A DNA stretch of 64,000 bases from Botryllus schlosseri. Lineage: Eukaryota. Shown piece after piece: positions 38,490-51,578 of this stretch. A program made the translations under genes and the position numbers. The notes under the pieces were generated by a model. The model was given only the letters and a program-made list of their open reading frames with translations, did not search any database and was not told the DNA's origin. The stretch is from the NCBI GenBank assembly GCA_051294905.1, contig CM119371.1, forward strand, positions 26,724,001-26,788,000. The letters run 5' to 3'. The first letter of the stretch is position 1, and each line of letters begins with the position of its first letter.

Positions 38490-40301
38490 GTTGCTACATG
38501 GCTAAAACTACCTGCCATTACGTCTTGATATATATTGGGTAATATGGTTAAATGTGTGATTGTTATACATGGACTAATAATCTCTGTCATTTTTCATTTG
38601 CTTCTGATCCGAGATCCCACTTTCGTTCACACACTGTCTCTTCGCGTTGACCTTCCTATAATTAGAATTCCAATTGTTGTTCTTTTTGGTTTTGTTTATT
38701 CCATAGATACAATTCGTGATCTTCTAGTGCAGAACTGTATCTAAGCTCAGCTGTACAATTGATATTCTGCGATATCATTATTCGATTAGGATTTTTCGGA
38801 TTATTGGACGACATTTTTGGATATAGTCGAATAGTTGGATGAGGCTCTTCGGAGTCGGACGGATAGTTCCGCAGACACCAAAACTGTCGATCGGATTCGG
38901 ATTCTCAAAAATCAACATCCGCTCGTCATTTGCTCCAAGCCGAATTATAATTGATCTGTCAGTACGAAGAGGCGTGTTCATTAACGCTTACATACGTAAA
39001 CACTAATGTTATTAAGTTGATAGAGCCAACCCGTTGACGATACATAAAATAAAAATTATGGATAGGCCGCCATCATTACCACTTTGGTTATTTGACTTTA
39101 AAATCTTTTTAAGCTTTCGATGAATTTTCTTCAACCAGTTATTACTTCCCGTTTCTTTACTTCCCGCTTCTCTGTCACCTGTCAGCAAATATTTCGAAGT
39201 AATAGCTGAACATCATGCCATTTCGAACGAAATCTCACATCAGTATAAGTATCAGTAATGAGTTGCATAAACAACATATATAGCACATGTTATTTCCAGA
39301 TAATACATCAATCACCTCGCTTTATCCTTCACTTTGATAGATTTAAGCACTGGTTTTCAACAAGTAGGCCATAGTATTAGGCTATTTTTAGATGTGACAA
39401 AGACCTAATATCAAAATTTCATGAAGTTGGTTATAGCGACATGAAATTCGGCGACTTTATTGATAAGAACCTCGTTACCGCGGTCCTGGCGTGTTTCGTA
39501 TGACCAACAATCGGTGCACGTCGCTAACGTAGCTAAAGGCCAAGTTATAGGACTTGAGAATATCCGCGTCGACGCCTAAGAATGCAGGTATGGTTTTCCA
39601 GATGAGGAACAAATAAACATCCACACTTTAATGGGCTGGTATACATATGCATGTTATATAATCCTACATGATCGATCCTAAATTTAATGCGGCTGCACGC
39701 ATTTTATATTTGTTTGTGACATTTCAATTGAACAACTAAAAAGGAATTTCACACGTTTTCTCAGAACTTTAGTGAATTTCGCTGATCACGGTGGTCCGTA
39801 CACAATAAAGTACATTGTACGTGGCAATAGTCAAAAGCTTATGATTACATGTTAGGATATTGGAGTGGAACTGGCATTTAGCAGCATGTTGTTAGTTGCT
39901 TACATCAACACATCAATACAGCTATGTTTTGTGAGTTGATTATTATACCGAAACTCCGCCGGATAAGTCTATTCGGAGTATTCGAGACTACTATGTGTAA
40001 TTTAGGTAACGTCTGTTTATTTAAGACAATATTGGGTGGATTTATTGCCTATTCAAGCGGTTCTCAACTTTTTTCAACTTATCGCCCCCTTAACTATCTC
40101 GACACAAATTTTCGCCGCCCTTCCGCCATATTTACAAATCCGAAAAAGGCGACATTTATTATGGGGAAATTTATGCTCCCAACTGAATTGCTCAGACTCT
40201 ACCAATTTATGAGGCTCCATGAGTCGATTTTGTGTACCCATTAGCACTGCAGGAGTGGAAATCAGGCATCATAAAACACAGTAACATGTATGATATCTAA
40301 C

Positions 40302-41696
40302 CTTGGTAAAGATCATTTCCTGATTTCTTGAAAACGACGCCTGCCACGAATCTTCGAACGACAGACCATCGTTCTCCATGAAGATATTCTTCGTCAAAGC
40401 GAGTAAATTCGCTGATCTTCATTTCTGCTATGAAGATCGCTGCCAGATATTCTTGAAGGCTTTGATGACAAAAGAAGAATGTGAAATCTCCTTGCATCAA
40501 ATGTCGGCTGAGTAGATTGTTTCCCGGAACTTTTGTCATTAAATCTTGGACTTCCTCCGCGGTCAATTGAAATGTTTCCAAGTCGCTTTCTCTGAATACG
40601 ACTCTTCCTTTTTTCATGCCATGAAATGACAATGCCTTCAGTTTGTTGACGATCGATAAAATTTGTTCCCGATTTCGAATGTTTTCGACGCTTTGAAGAG
40701 CTGATATGATCCTGTTGTATAGCTCTGTTACCGTTGTTGGAGGGGGTTTATCTGGATCCCTTCCCATCACAACTGCCGTTAGAATCAGAAAAACGGGTAC
40801 AGAGATTAGGTTGAGCAATCTTGGTGATATGGTTTCAATCTTCTGCCAGAGCTCCTCACCATTCTCTTTAAGTAAATATGCAAATAGCCTATGCGCGTCT
40901 TCATACGTAAGGCCATTCAGCGTGATAATGGTTTCGGGTCGCGCCATCGCCGGTAACTCTGAAACCTTGAATTCACGTGAAGCTATGTAGACATTAACGT
41001 GACGTAGGATATTCCGGGATAAAATGTTGTACATGATTGTCCCGCCGCTTGCTTTTTCGTGCTTTTTCATTTTGCGTGGATTTTTCTCAAAATCCCACCT
41101 TGCTTGATCAAGTCCGTCGAATATTAGGAGTGCTTCGGATTGATGTTTATCCAGCCATTTAAATGCCTGATCCTCTTCAAATTCATTATCGAAGAGCCCT
41201 CCAAATAAAAATTTCGATGGTTTAATATCGCCCTTCACTTCGACGTCCTTCAATTCAATATAATGTACCATTTTTTTACCGTAAGGGGACAGATCTTCAG
41301 CACGCTCAATTATTGGGGATGTGCCGAGAGCTTGTCGAGCTATTCTGCGTGTAAGTGTGGATTTTCCCGATCCTGCAGATGCCACAATAGCGGTTATACC
41401 AACTGTTTTTGGTGAGTCAATTTCTTTCTTTTGCCATATGGATGCCACTACGTCACCGATTCCTATATTTTCCGCTTTCATTCTTTCCTGCCGCAGAAAT
41501 CCAACTTCCTGTGTCAGCTGATTATTGTCATAACGACCTTTGTAATAATCATCAACGTCAACTTGACGCATCTGTGGGTAAACCTCAAAGTCAGGTTGCT
41601 GAAGCTTTTCATGTCTAAATTCATCAAGGATACCAATGGCCGTCACATCCATAGCATTTTCGTTGCAAATTTGTATGAGTTTTGTGTAGCTTATAT
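40302..41696 (-). CDS. NLR gene coding exon 3: NACHT NTPase with helical and winged-helix domains
   Basis: Walker A ASAGSGKST, Walker B LLIFDGLDQ, sensor-1 IASRE, winged-helix motif FCHQSLQEYLAA. Acceptor tactttcttttcag|AT and donor CAAG|gttaga, both phase 1. Confidence 0.95.
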
Positions 41697-42404
41697 CTGA
41701 AAAGAAAGTAATATTGCAAATCTACTATTACTAGTTACCAGAACCATCCTTTCTTGTATGGCAATTCGACTGCGCATCAACTTTCTAAGGCGACTAGCAA
41801 TGAGGTCCGGCAGGTTTGTAAAGACTCGAGTCATAACTTGAGTTAATTTATGTATCGACTCTACACTCTACTTGTATTCGAGTCATTGCGCAAGAATCGA
41901 CACATGTTACGTGACTTATTCGAGTCACGTATATCAGGCAGTGTTGGGATGACTCGAATCATCTTTTTCGTGTGACTTGACTTGACACGAGTCACTTTGC
42001 AAAAGTGACTTGACTAGACTTGATTCGAAGTTTCAGAAATCCGGATTGACTGGTGCAGCAAAATTTAGGAGTCAATTACAAGTAATCAAGTAATCGACGT
42101 CGACTAAATCGCTTCATCTTGTTCAAATTGTTAACGATACGCTGGTGTGATCTGTGAGAGCAACCAATTACTCAATGATTGTACGTTTTACCGAGCCATC
42201 ATTGTTATATTACAAATACATTGGTTGCAAACGAGTTGATCGGAGCTTACAGCTTACGTTTTAGTGAACTTGTCGTAATATGCTATTAATATGCTTTTAG
42301 GATTTGTAGACAAAATGATTGCATAGATATACTGGTATTTGAGAGCTGCAAAATTCAATGGTCAAACATTTCTTCTTCATATCATAAATGATGATACTAT
42401 ATAG

Positions 42405-42741
42405 CAGTGGTTTCCAACCTTTTTCGACTCATCGCCCCCTTTTCAAGCTCAACGCTGATCATCGCCCCCCAGATTTTGTAAACCGAAAAATCGGTATACA
42501 ATCTGCAATCGTTGTCGAATTTTACACTTTTGCAACCAAATTTCCTTGGGTTGACTTAAAAAAAAGGTCATTTCTCCGAATTGACTCCAATATAGCTGTT
42601 TTAACGCGTCATCGCCCCCCTATCGCCCTCTTCGCTATTTTCGCCCCCTTTGTCCATTTTCGGCCACCTTCGTCATTTTCGCCCCCCTAGGCCGCTAAAT
42701 CGCCCCCTGGGGGGCGATATCGCCCACATTGGGAACCACTG
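42405..42741. mobile_element. Short hAT-type MITE rich in atcgccccc
   Basis: cagtggtttccaa / ttgggaaccactg; TSD CTATATAG / TTATATAG (7 of 8 match). Confidence 0.85.
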
Positions 42742-45700
42742 TTATATAGTGTTGTAGTCCACAACGTCTTGGGAATGGTATATAATATGAGTTGCTTTGT
42801 TTGGAATACCTTCATGTTAAAATTAATAACTTGGTGTAGCCTATAGTACTAAATTCAATGTAGGAAGTTATCTCCATCACATTCTCAGTTGATTTAGTAG
42901 TCACATAAAGCACTACAACAACACCCAATAAGTGCGAATTTGGGATTTGTACATCTGGTTCAAGCCACATGGTATGAGCCCGTACCCGATGACTGTTGAA
43001 ACAAGCTTGATTTGATCAAGAATAGCCTACGCCACGTACAATTATTATATCGTTTATTAGTCGAGTGGTCCTTGGGCGAGATTGAAGCGCGAAATATTTT
43101 CAATAGTAAAGTCTTAACCCGAAATGGCCGACCATGCCTTGACCTCTTACCAGGAACCCTCAATTTCAGAAGACGAACTTGAAGGGGCCCGAAATTATTG
43201 CGGTGAATAAACATCATTTTATTGGATAATTTATGCGACTTTTTTCAACTTTCGATTTGGCGTTGCAAAATTTTTGATTTTTGCGTACCCTTCCCCACGA
43301 AAAGATACGCATGATTCAAAGAAAATAGAAATTAGTATTTCGGCGTCGGCCATTACCACGCCACGATGCGCGAAGACATATCAAGTTTGGGCCAATATGG
43401 GTCTCAGAGAAGTGTGTCAAACAGATCGTCAGCGAGAAAACCTTAGCCGAAAATGATTGCCCTCATGGTGACTGTAAACTTCATTACAAATATGTCTAAT
43501 TGTCCACAGGTGGTTCAATGGTTCGTGCCGATTTATCCTGTCGCGACAATCTGAACCCCACAGATCAAATAACATCATTAAGATACAAATTATTTGACAG
43601 TGAAGATATATATCAATTTTTAATAGTTTGAGTCTTTTAGTTTTGTACGTTTATGTGATGTCAATATCATTTGACAGGAGGTCACAAAATAACAACATTT
43701 AACGAAGTAATTACACCAACAGGCTGGGGAAGCGAGTTCCGTAGTTGGTTAAACACTGTATAGTCAGGACATCGATGGCTGATGGTTCGAGTCTCGGCTC
43801 TGCCATGTTTCTATGTGTCGGAGGTTTATCTGGTCTCTTCATCGCCGATCCCGCTGTAATACAGCGCATTGAAAAGCCCAGACGAAGAGAGAGCCGAACT
43901 CGTGAAAGGAGGCAGCAAATGAGCCGAAAAAAGACTCAAGCTCAAGAAGACATGCCAATATGACATTATGAAATGTACTGTGTGGGCGCAAATAACCACG
44001 ATGTTGCAAGCGCTAATTATATGCGTTAATAAAAACAACAACAACAACACCAACAGGCCCGCTCGAATATATGTAGTTAATAATTACGTTCCCTACAATT
44101 TCCAAGACATCACCTCACTCGACGCAACCGGTAATTTTTATTACGTGGGCTGAGACGATGGGAAATCTACAGCAATATATATATGTAATTCCCAATATTC
44201 TGCTCCGATTCGTGCATGCAGTATAGACATTTTTCACCCCGAACACGACCAGGCCTCATAAACTAAGCTGACCATCGAAAACTCGCGACGAGAGTCTTGG
44301 GGGTGAAGTCCCCCATAAGTTTGGTTTATCACCCTATTGGGGACCAAAGCCAACGTATTTGAGAGTAGGAGCTGACGAAGTGGTCTTACTGCCTCCATCT
44401 TAATCGTTGTTTTTATTACAGTGCCTTAAATATGGAGTGGGGGCGTAGCGCACGGTATTTTTTGAAATTGGACGTTGGGGAATAAAAGGTCAAAAACCAC
44501 TACACTGTAAACGATCATGGTGTGTGTTCTGGAATTCACACCCCAGTGTAGGGTATTTTCTGAGTCATCACAACTTTTTGGGTGCTAAATCTGTCACTTA
44601 CACCTATGCTAGTGATATGAATAAGCCAAATACACCCATACCATAAGAGACACACCCCAAGCATTGGTATTTGGGGTGAATTATCAGTGATGACCAGCAT
44701 GATTCGTTCATCCAGATAGCTTATCTGCGACAAAAAGGAGAATGATTTACATATTTGACAGTGGCCACCTCTGACTAACTGGTAAGAGTATGTAACCCGT
44801 CAAACAAACTACTTATTTTGAAACTACTGTACTTATCTGAGTACTATTAATATATTTATTTTATTTAAAGTAGTTTCGACATGGATTTGACATTGCCAGC
44901 TTCATACACTCGTTCTTGAGTGAAAATTAACATCTACTGCTTGAGTATCATCGTACACTATTACAGCCACATCAGTGTGTAACAGTGCACGGATTAGCTT
45001 GGTCTTCAATGTTTTTATGAATATGATGAGACAAACATAGCCTTGCCAAGGTTAATAAACTGCACTTTTTTTATCAATGCACGAAAATTCTAATACAAGC
45101 ACTCCTTTACTCATGATATGAAATAGGCCTACACACGATCTGTGCATTGCATAATATGGACAAATCTTCTTAATGTTAGATTCAAGGAGAAATTGATATT
45201 AGTGGCAGACTCGTACTTTGTGAATGTGAAATCAAATATTTTGTTGGTGAGTAATATACTATACGAAGGTGAGCTGCAAAATTGTATTTTGACTCGCTTA
45301 TTTTCAAGCACAACGCCAGTCAATGCGACAACATCTGTGCACATATCAGATGCCTTAGCAGTTTAGAATCCAGTCCAAATTGCCAGCTAAACGTTTATGC
45401 CTCATGTTATTTTTTTCAATTTTAGGATGGTTACCATACAAAATCTTGTCAGGGAATTTCAACCAAGTCGACGTCACATCGAACTGCATTACCGTATGCT
45501 GCGCAACAGTCATGGATCGTTATCAAACAGCACATATTCCTAGGTAATCATTAACATCCAGCTAATTTGCTAACTTCTATAACAAAGGCAATTCGAGGTT
45601 TTCTAATCAAGACACACTCAGACCTGTATCTGTGGTCGCTGTGAATCCATTCTGAAAATCAATATTGCCTATAAGCAGAAAATGTTTCGTGTTTTGCATC

Positions 45701-47014
45701 AATATCACGTAGTCAAATTTAAATTGAGTACATGCATCATTTTCTCTGATTTTCTTCAAATTTTAGGATACTGCTTGAAGACCGCATGGTGCAAGGGCAG
45801 GATTATATCACAGAAACCAACCGAGTTTAGGATTATACTGCGAAAACTGAAAGACTTGTTATCAAGCCCGCTGGTATTCCAACTTTGTTAACGACACCGG
45901 ATGTCAACTTTCGTAGTCGGATATGTAAGGTAAATTGAAACTGCTATGTCCATTTCTGGTGAACTCCGGACTAATTTATTTAATGATAGACTTACTATGC
46001 GCATAAAAATCGCGAGTGGTCACTGGTAATGTTAAGGAAGGAAGTGCTCATAGTAGCGCGAAGCGCTAAAAAAATTCAAATTCACCAATGAAATTCGTCA
46101 TTGATATTAGTAGTTTTACATATTACCCTCAAACATTTATCCTTTCTCATCCAGTGTGATCATATTCACTGGTATATAGTTGATGTAGGGGTGTTTTCGA
46201 AAATTTAAAGCAAGTTATAAATTATGATGCATCTTCGGGTGGGCCAATTGGTATTAGTCACTTTGTAGTATGCTGTTCATTCTTGACCTTTCATCAGAAT
46301 TTTTAGTATAGTGAGGAGCAAACGATTCCAAGCTGATATTTGCATGTGAGTCGCATCATTTTCCACTGATGTTCGCATCTGTGTTGTGGGGCTCTGATTG
46401 CAAAGGGTGCTACTATATTAAAATCGAAAATGTAATCGCAGTCAATCGCGCGCAGCGCGAAGAAAATTTCAAGATTAAGATTAAAATTAAGATTAAAATC
46501 TTTCAGGAAATCGGGAGTCAATTCGTAAATTCGAATTGCAAGTCGACGGCCGCCAACACATACTAATTGAATTGCGTGTCTAGGGCCTCAAAATTTCCCT
46601 CTTACGGCGTCAGGTTGGCCACGCCTGGACTGAAGCAAAGGGCACACCTAAATATGTCTTCTTGTCGAGTCGAGCTGTTTGCTTGAGTGTTAGTATAATG
46701 ATATTAAACTAATCAAATTCGTAATGAAGTGGGACCACAATTTCTTTTTGCGTTCAAGTAGCATCGCTCCTTCACACGCCTTTAAAACTCTTCGTTACAA
46801 TTACCATCTAGCTTCTAGGCGATAGCACTAATGCAATGTTGGCCCACCGCTGACATTTAGTCGTACAGTTAAGTATCGGGCGAACGATACTTGAATGAAA
46901 AGCAGGTCTTCTCTTCGAAGTTCAGCCGGACCACACTGTTGGGTGCCATTGCGTATATCAACGCGCTGATACCCATAACACTAATGAAAATATCATGACT
47001 AGCAAGCCTTAAGA

Positions 47015-48068
47015 CAGAGGTCTCAAACTCAAATGTGCTCACGGGCCAATCTTCCAGTTTTGACGACGCCGCGGGCCGCAGCATCAATAGGGGTATTCCA
47101 TGTCTTTCCAAATGAGCCTTATTCGACGGGATGATTGTCCTATTGAAAGTGAGCTGAGCAGATGACTGACATTCAACACACATCATAAAAATGTGATATA
47201 CTCTTGGGATCAATTTAGGCCTGGCATGCCAGAAATCATCTCATTTATAACTATTTCAATGGAAGTGTTATTGTAATTGATATATATTAATTTAAATGTA
47301 TAGACGACATGTAAGCGGACAGATATATAATGTTATCATAAGAGCTACCACGTTATAATTTTTCAGCTACTATGAATATTTTGAATTCAACAGATTGATA
47401 ATAGAGATTGATCTGATATCACAGTATTTGCTATTTAGCAGTGTAGCCCAATCCAGGATTCGGGTAAAGTTCCGATGAGTGGGTTATTAAGCTCATGTTC
47501 AAATACCTTCGAATGTTGGAGCAGAAAAATAACAATATAAACATATTAATGAATGTGTCATAGTTAGAGGAATGACGGAACGCGGAACAACCAATTGTTG
47601 TTAGATGTTGGAGCGTACCACTACGGTTTAGCGATCCAAGATGTAGGTTGCCATAATTACTTGCTTATTTAGCGAATTACCAAGCTGCGACCTTCTGATA
47701 TATTATACTATATATTCCCATGACACGCGAATATAGTTTGTTGAGTGCATGGTTCCAACTAATTCACGGCCTTCCGAGTCCACTCGGGTCATTATCATAT
47801 GGCCATCGAGTCAGCCTAAGCATAATGCTGTAAACGACAATCGTCGAAGGGTCCGGGTTTCTCATCGTGAATTGGAAATGTGGCGAAATAGTGAATCTTT
47901 TACTGCATGGTCGCAGATAGTGACGTTTGTTGAATAGTTTCAGGCCTTCCGAGCAATTTAAGAAGAAATTTTCAATTTTAAACTTGTAAAGACATATCTG
48001 GCTCTTATATATTGTAAAACTAATGAAAATCTAAAATGTCGTCGCGGGCCGCGTGTTTGAGACCTCTG
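47015..48068. mobile_element. hAT-type MITE
   Basis: TIR cagaggtctcaaac / gtttgagacctctg; perfect TSD CCTTAAGA. Confidence 0.92.
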
Positions 48069-48178
48069 CCTTAAGATATTTTATAACACATTTTGCTCGT
48101 CATTGAAATTGTGCCTTGAAGTAGACCATTGTTCTCAATTACAATCAGTATTGAACGAAATTAAAACATTGCACCCAC

Positions 48179-48328
48179 CTTGTCCCAGGAGACTTGATTC
48201 TCCTTCAGCACTTGTAATGTTGCAGACGAACTTGTTTACAGTAATCTGCTGATTTCCGGCCACGACGTTAACATTGCTATTTTCGAACTTTTGTGTGACA
48301 TTTTCACCTTTCGCCAAGGTCGCAGAAC
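48179..48328 (-). CDS. NLR gene coding exon 2 (150 nt, symmetric phase 1-1)
   Basis: Acceptor gtgtcttag|GT and donor CAAG|gtgggt; open in frame with exons 1 and 3; encodes GSATLAKGENVTQKFENSNVNVVAGNQQITVNKFVCNITSAEGESSLLGQ. Confidence 0.75.
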
Positions 48329-48535
48329 CTAAGACACACGTGACTACTGTACAGAGTGCCAGGTTCCATAGATAGTCTTATAATAAACTAATATGGATTC
48401 TTTTATTATCTTCTGTATCTTATTCATGAAACGAGCGAAATGTGCTGTATTCAAATAACTTTACCACTATTCTATAAGTAACTTTTATTTCAAATTTCAA
48501 GTAATGTGCGGTCCAATACAACAAACACTACTAAC

Positions 48536-48611
48536 CGCTTGTTCCAGGTGACACTGATGTAGACATGACATCAGCGACACCAAAATCGTGATCTCGACCC
48601 CCTTCTGCCAT
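48536..48611 (-). CDS. NLR gene first coding exon (MAEGGRDHDFGVADVMSTSVSPGTS)
   Basis: ATG in a strong context (aacatcATGG); donor AGCG|gttagt is phase 1; upstream acceptor attttcag| at 48656. Confidence 0.7.
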
Positions 48612-49361
48612 GATGTTGTTCACGTGGTACGAATGAGATAGCGTCTACGACGATACTGAAAATATATGTAATACTGAAAATATACGTATTAATTGCATTA
48701 TATGATGCATCATTTCTGAGTTCAATCTAGTTTTTATAGTTCTATCCGAGTCTATCAGTTATTGGCACTGAACTATCGTAGATCTGATAGATATAGTCGA
48801 GCAATATGACCCGACAACAGTCACATGTCCACAAATATGTAATATCCTATATTATTTGGAAACGATGTGTTGAGTAACCATGCAATCAGTATGCTTCATG
48901 GGTATCTTCGATTAAAAGTCAATTCACGAATTCTGCTGCCCGCAAAACCTTAATAAATATTAGTACTACGATCTATAGTTCATACTTCGAAATCAGTCAA
49001 TAAGCGATACACTTGGACTAGTCACAGAGTGATATCGTTTAATACATGATTTGTTTGTTGCCCTTGACTTTAGGATACTGCCTAGAAGTGGGCGGGTTGA
49101 ACGCATTACAAATCTCTGTGGCAAATCAAAACTTTGTAGCGGATAATGTGCAGTGATCCGGAATCCGTATTACGCAACACCGAAGGTAAAGTAGGCCTAA
49201 ATATGGTCAGAAAACATCCCAAAGTATGTAAATATACTGCACCAAGCATTATCCGACTGTGCGGGTGGTGCGGTCCAATGTTCCCTTTAATTTTTCAAGA
49301 GTCTGCGCAAACACACCAACTCGCTGCGCGGGCCCTCGGACAACAGTGCGCAACCACTCTA

Positions 49362-50305
49362 CAATAGGGTGATAAAACTAACTACTGAGGGGCTTCGCCC
49401 CCCAGACCCCCCTGCGGCTCTAGGCTTCTTCCGGTACTTATCATGTACATTGGGTGCCCATTTAGTAGTCATTAACGGCCCTAAACGCGCGAAGCGCGAT
49501 AAAATTTCTATAATTTGTGATTGCATCGGCCAATATGATCGGGAATTGCATATAGCCTGTATCGCTATCAATTTATCCTCTTCTCACATAATCAGATTTA
49601 CCGGTAGAGCTGATCCAGTGAAGTGTGTTGGAATAGATAGGTCCTCTAAATAATAATAAAACATCTGCGGGCGTACCCGTTGTTATAATGACTTCGTTAC
49701 ATGATGCGATTTCGTGACCCCCTTCTGCTATGGCAAAAGATATTGAAATCGCCAAAACGTACTAAAGTAGAAAACGTAGCCTAAACGATTTCAAATTGGT
49801 ATTTCTTAACTGGAAAATTATGTTCCCTCGATATTGCATTTGTCTTGTTGTGGGACTCGGATCGCGAGGATAGGAACATTCGGCGCCAGCCATTTAGGCG
49901 CCCATGGACATCGCACAATTACACATATATTTGTATACATCGAAGTTTTTGGTCGGCACCGGGGCAGTCTTTTTCGCCCACGGTTTTCTCGCTGCTGATC
50001 GTTCTGGCGCACTTCTTGGATTCGCATGTTACATAGCCTTTAAGTTCATACGTCTTGGCGCGTCATGGTGCGGTAATGGCCGACGACCAACTGCCCATTT
50101 CTATAAATCATGCCTAATTAATGTTGGGAAAGGGTACCCAATAATCAGATATCTTACAATAATAAAACGCGCGTAGCGCGAAAAAAAAATTCTTGAAAAA
50201 TTTCAAAAAATACACCATGATTTATGCTACTTCTCGATATAATTTTGGCCCCCCTTCGAGCTCGGCCCCTCCAATGAGGGGGGGGGGGCGAAAGTTACGG
50301 TCCTG
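49362..50305. mobile_element. 5'-truncated copy of the CAGGGCCGTAAC MITE family
   Basis: Colinear with 9700-10618 and 59210-60094; ends gttacggtcctg. Another partial, inverted copy lies at ~43050-43800. Confidence 0.75.
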
Positions 50306-51494
50306 AGTAAATCTTACGCAATGTTCATGCCACGCGGAGAAGACTATCATTCGTTAGTTTCACGCAGATTAACTTCGAGCTAGCCCATTGTTATTCATAA
50401 CTTTGGTAAACCATGTTATTTCGCCATTCCCAGAAAATAATTCGCTATTGAAATGATATCAGTATCGTTCACGTGTACGAGGCCATACTAAAAAAATATT
50501 TTCCGTGAGGCGCAGGTGATTATGAACTCTCATTTCTTCACGGAGCGCAATAGTTACCTTTGCGGGGCGCACTTGTACCTCGGTTTCTGACTTCAATGAT
50601 AACACTATTTGGCCCTGGCAATGTTCCATTTTAATTTTCACGAATCTGCGCGCCTGGGTGGTCCATTGCACAACAATGCGCAACAACTATAAATAAAAAC
50701 ATCATTTCTGATTTTTTGTGCGCAGCGTAGATTTTCTGTGCGCAGAGACCGTTTCAGCACTGCGCATTTGCGCAGGTGCACAGCTTAGAGGGAACATTGG
50801 TGCGGTCACCTCCCAGTGCTCGGGAATAAGGAAGCATTCAGTGATACAATCAAACCATCAACCCCATTGCCGATGAGTTTCTCCAGAATAATATTGCGTG
50901 CTTCGCAGTATTTGACATGCTCAGTCTATTTGCGCAAATTTTTCATCCCACCAGAATATATTAGCGTGATTCCGATAACAGCAATCCCGCAATATGAGTA
51001 GAGGTTGCATTCGTCAAGTGACTCGACTGATGCTCAACAATCGGGCTTTGTATGCAGTGTAAGTAGCGTAGTATCACGAGAGTGACGTAGTTTGAACTGA
51101 AACTCATTGCTACCTAGTATGCCCTGCTGTGCGCTGGTTTCACAGTTTCCAAAGTCTTCGGCGGAAACATAATGTTGCGCTACACGCCTGCACTTTATCG
51201 TCGGTACTACAGAGCTACACGTCTACTATGGTCATTAGGGTTGTTAAAAAAAACTTATTCTTCCAAATCTCACTCGCCTACTGACTAAATTGTCAGGTTG
51301 TCCAAGAAAACGATGCACACCAAATTTGACTCAATTCCAACCAGTAAAGGCCGTGCAATCTTGAATTGAAATTTTTAATTTAATAATAAAAATTTAAAAA
51401 AAAAATCTCAAATTTTTCTGTCAACCCCATGAAATTATTGAGGTGTCTTTAAAGACGATGTAGAACAAATTTGAGTCAATTCCGACTAGTAGAA

Positions 51495-51578
51495 GCGGAA
51501 CTATTTGAGTTTTTCGTTGATAATTCCCGGATCAAGGTTAATCCGAGAATTATCAACGAAAAACTCGAATAACTCCGC
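51495..51578. repeat. 84-nt hairpin (38-bp stem, 4 mismatches, 8-nt loop)
   Basis: gcggaactatttgagtttttcgttgataattcccggat-caaggtta-atccgagaattatcaacgaaaaactcgaataactccgc. Confidence 0.85.

Noticed and set aside
38185..38590. Ser-rich ORFs with repeated SSQV (also 12606-13013)
   Set aside because: Translations of gactcgagtc/gacttga MITE subterminal repeats.
40706..41700. Plus-strand ORFs over the NACHT exon
   Set aside because: Antisense shadows with no independent support.
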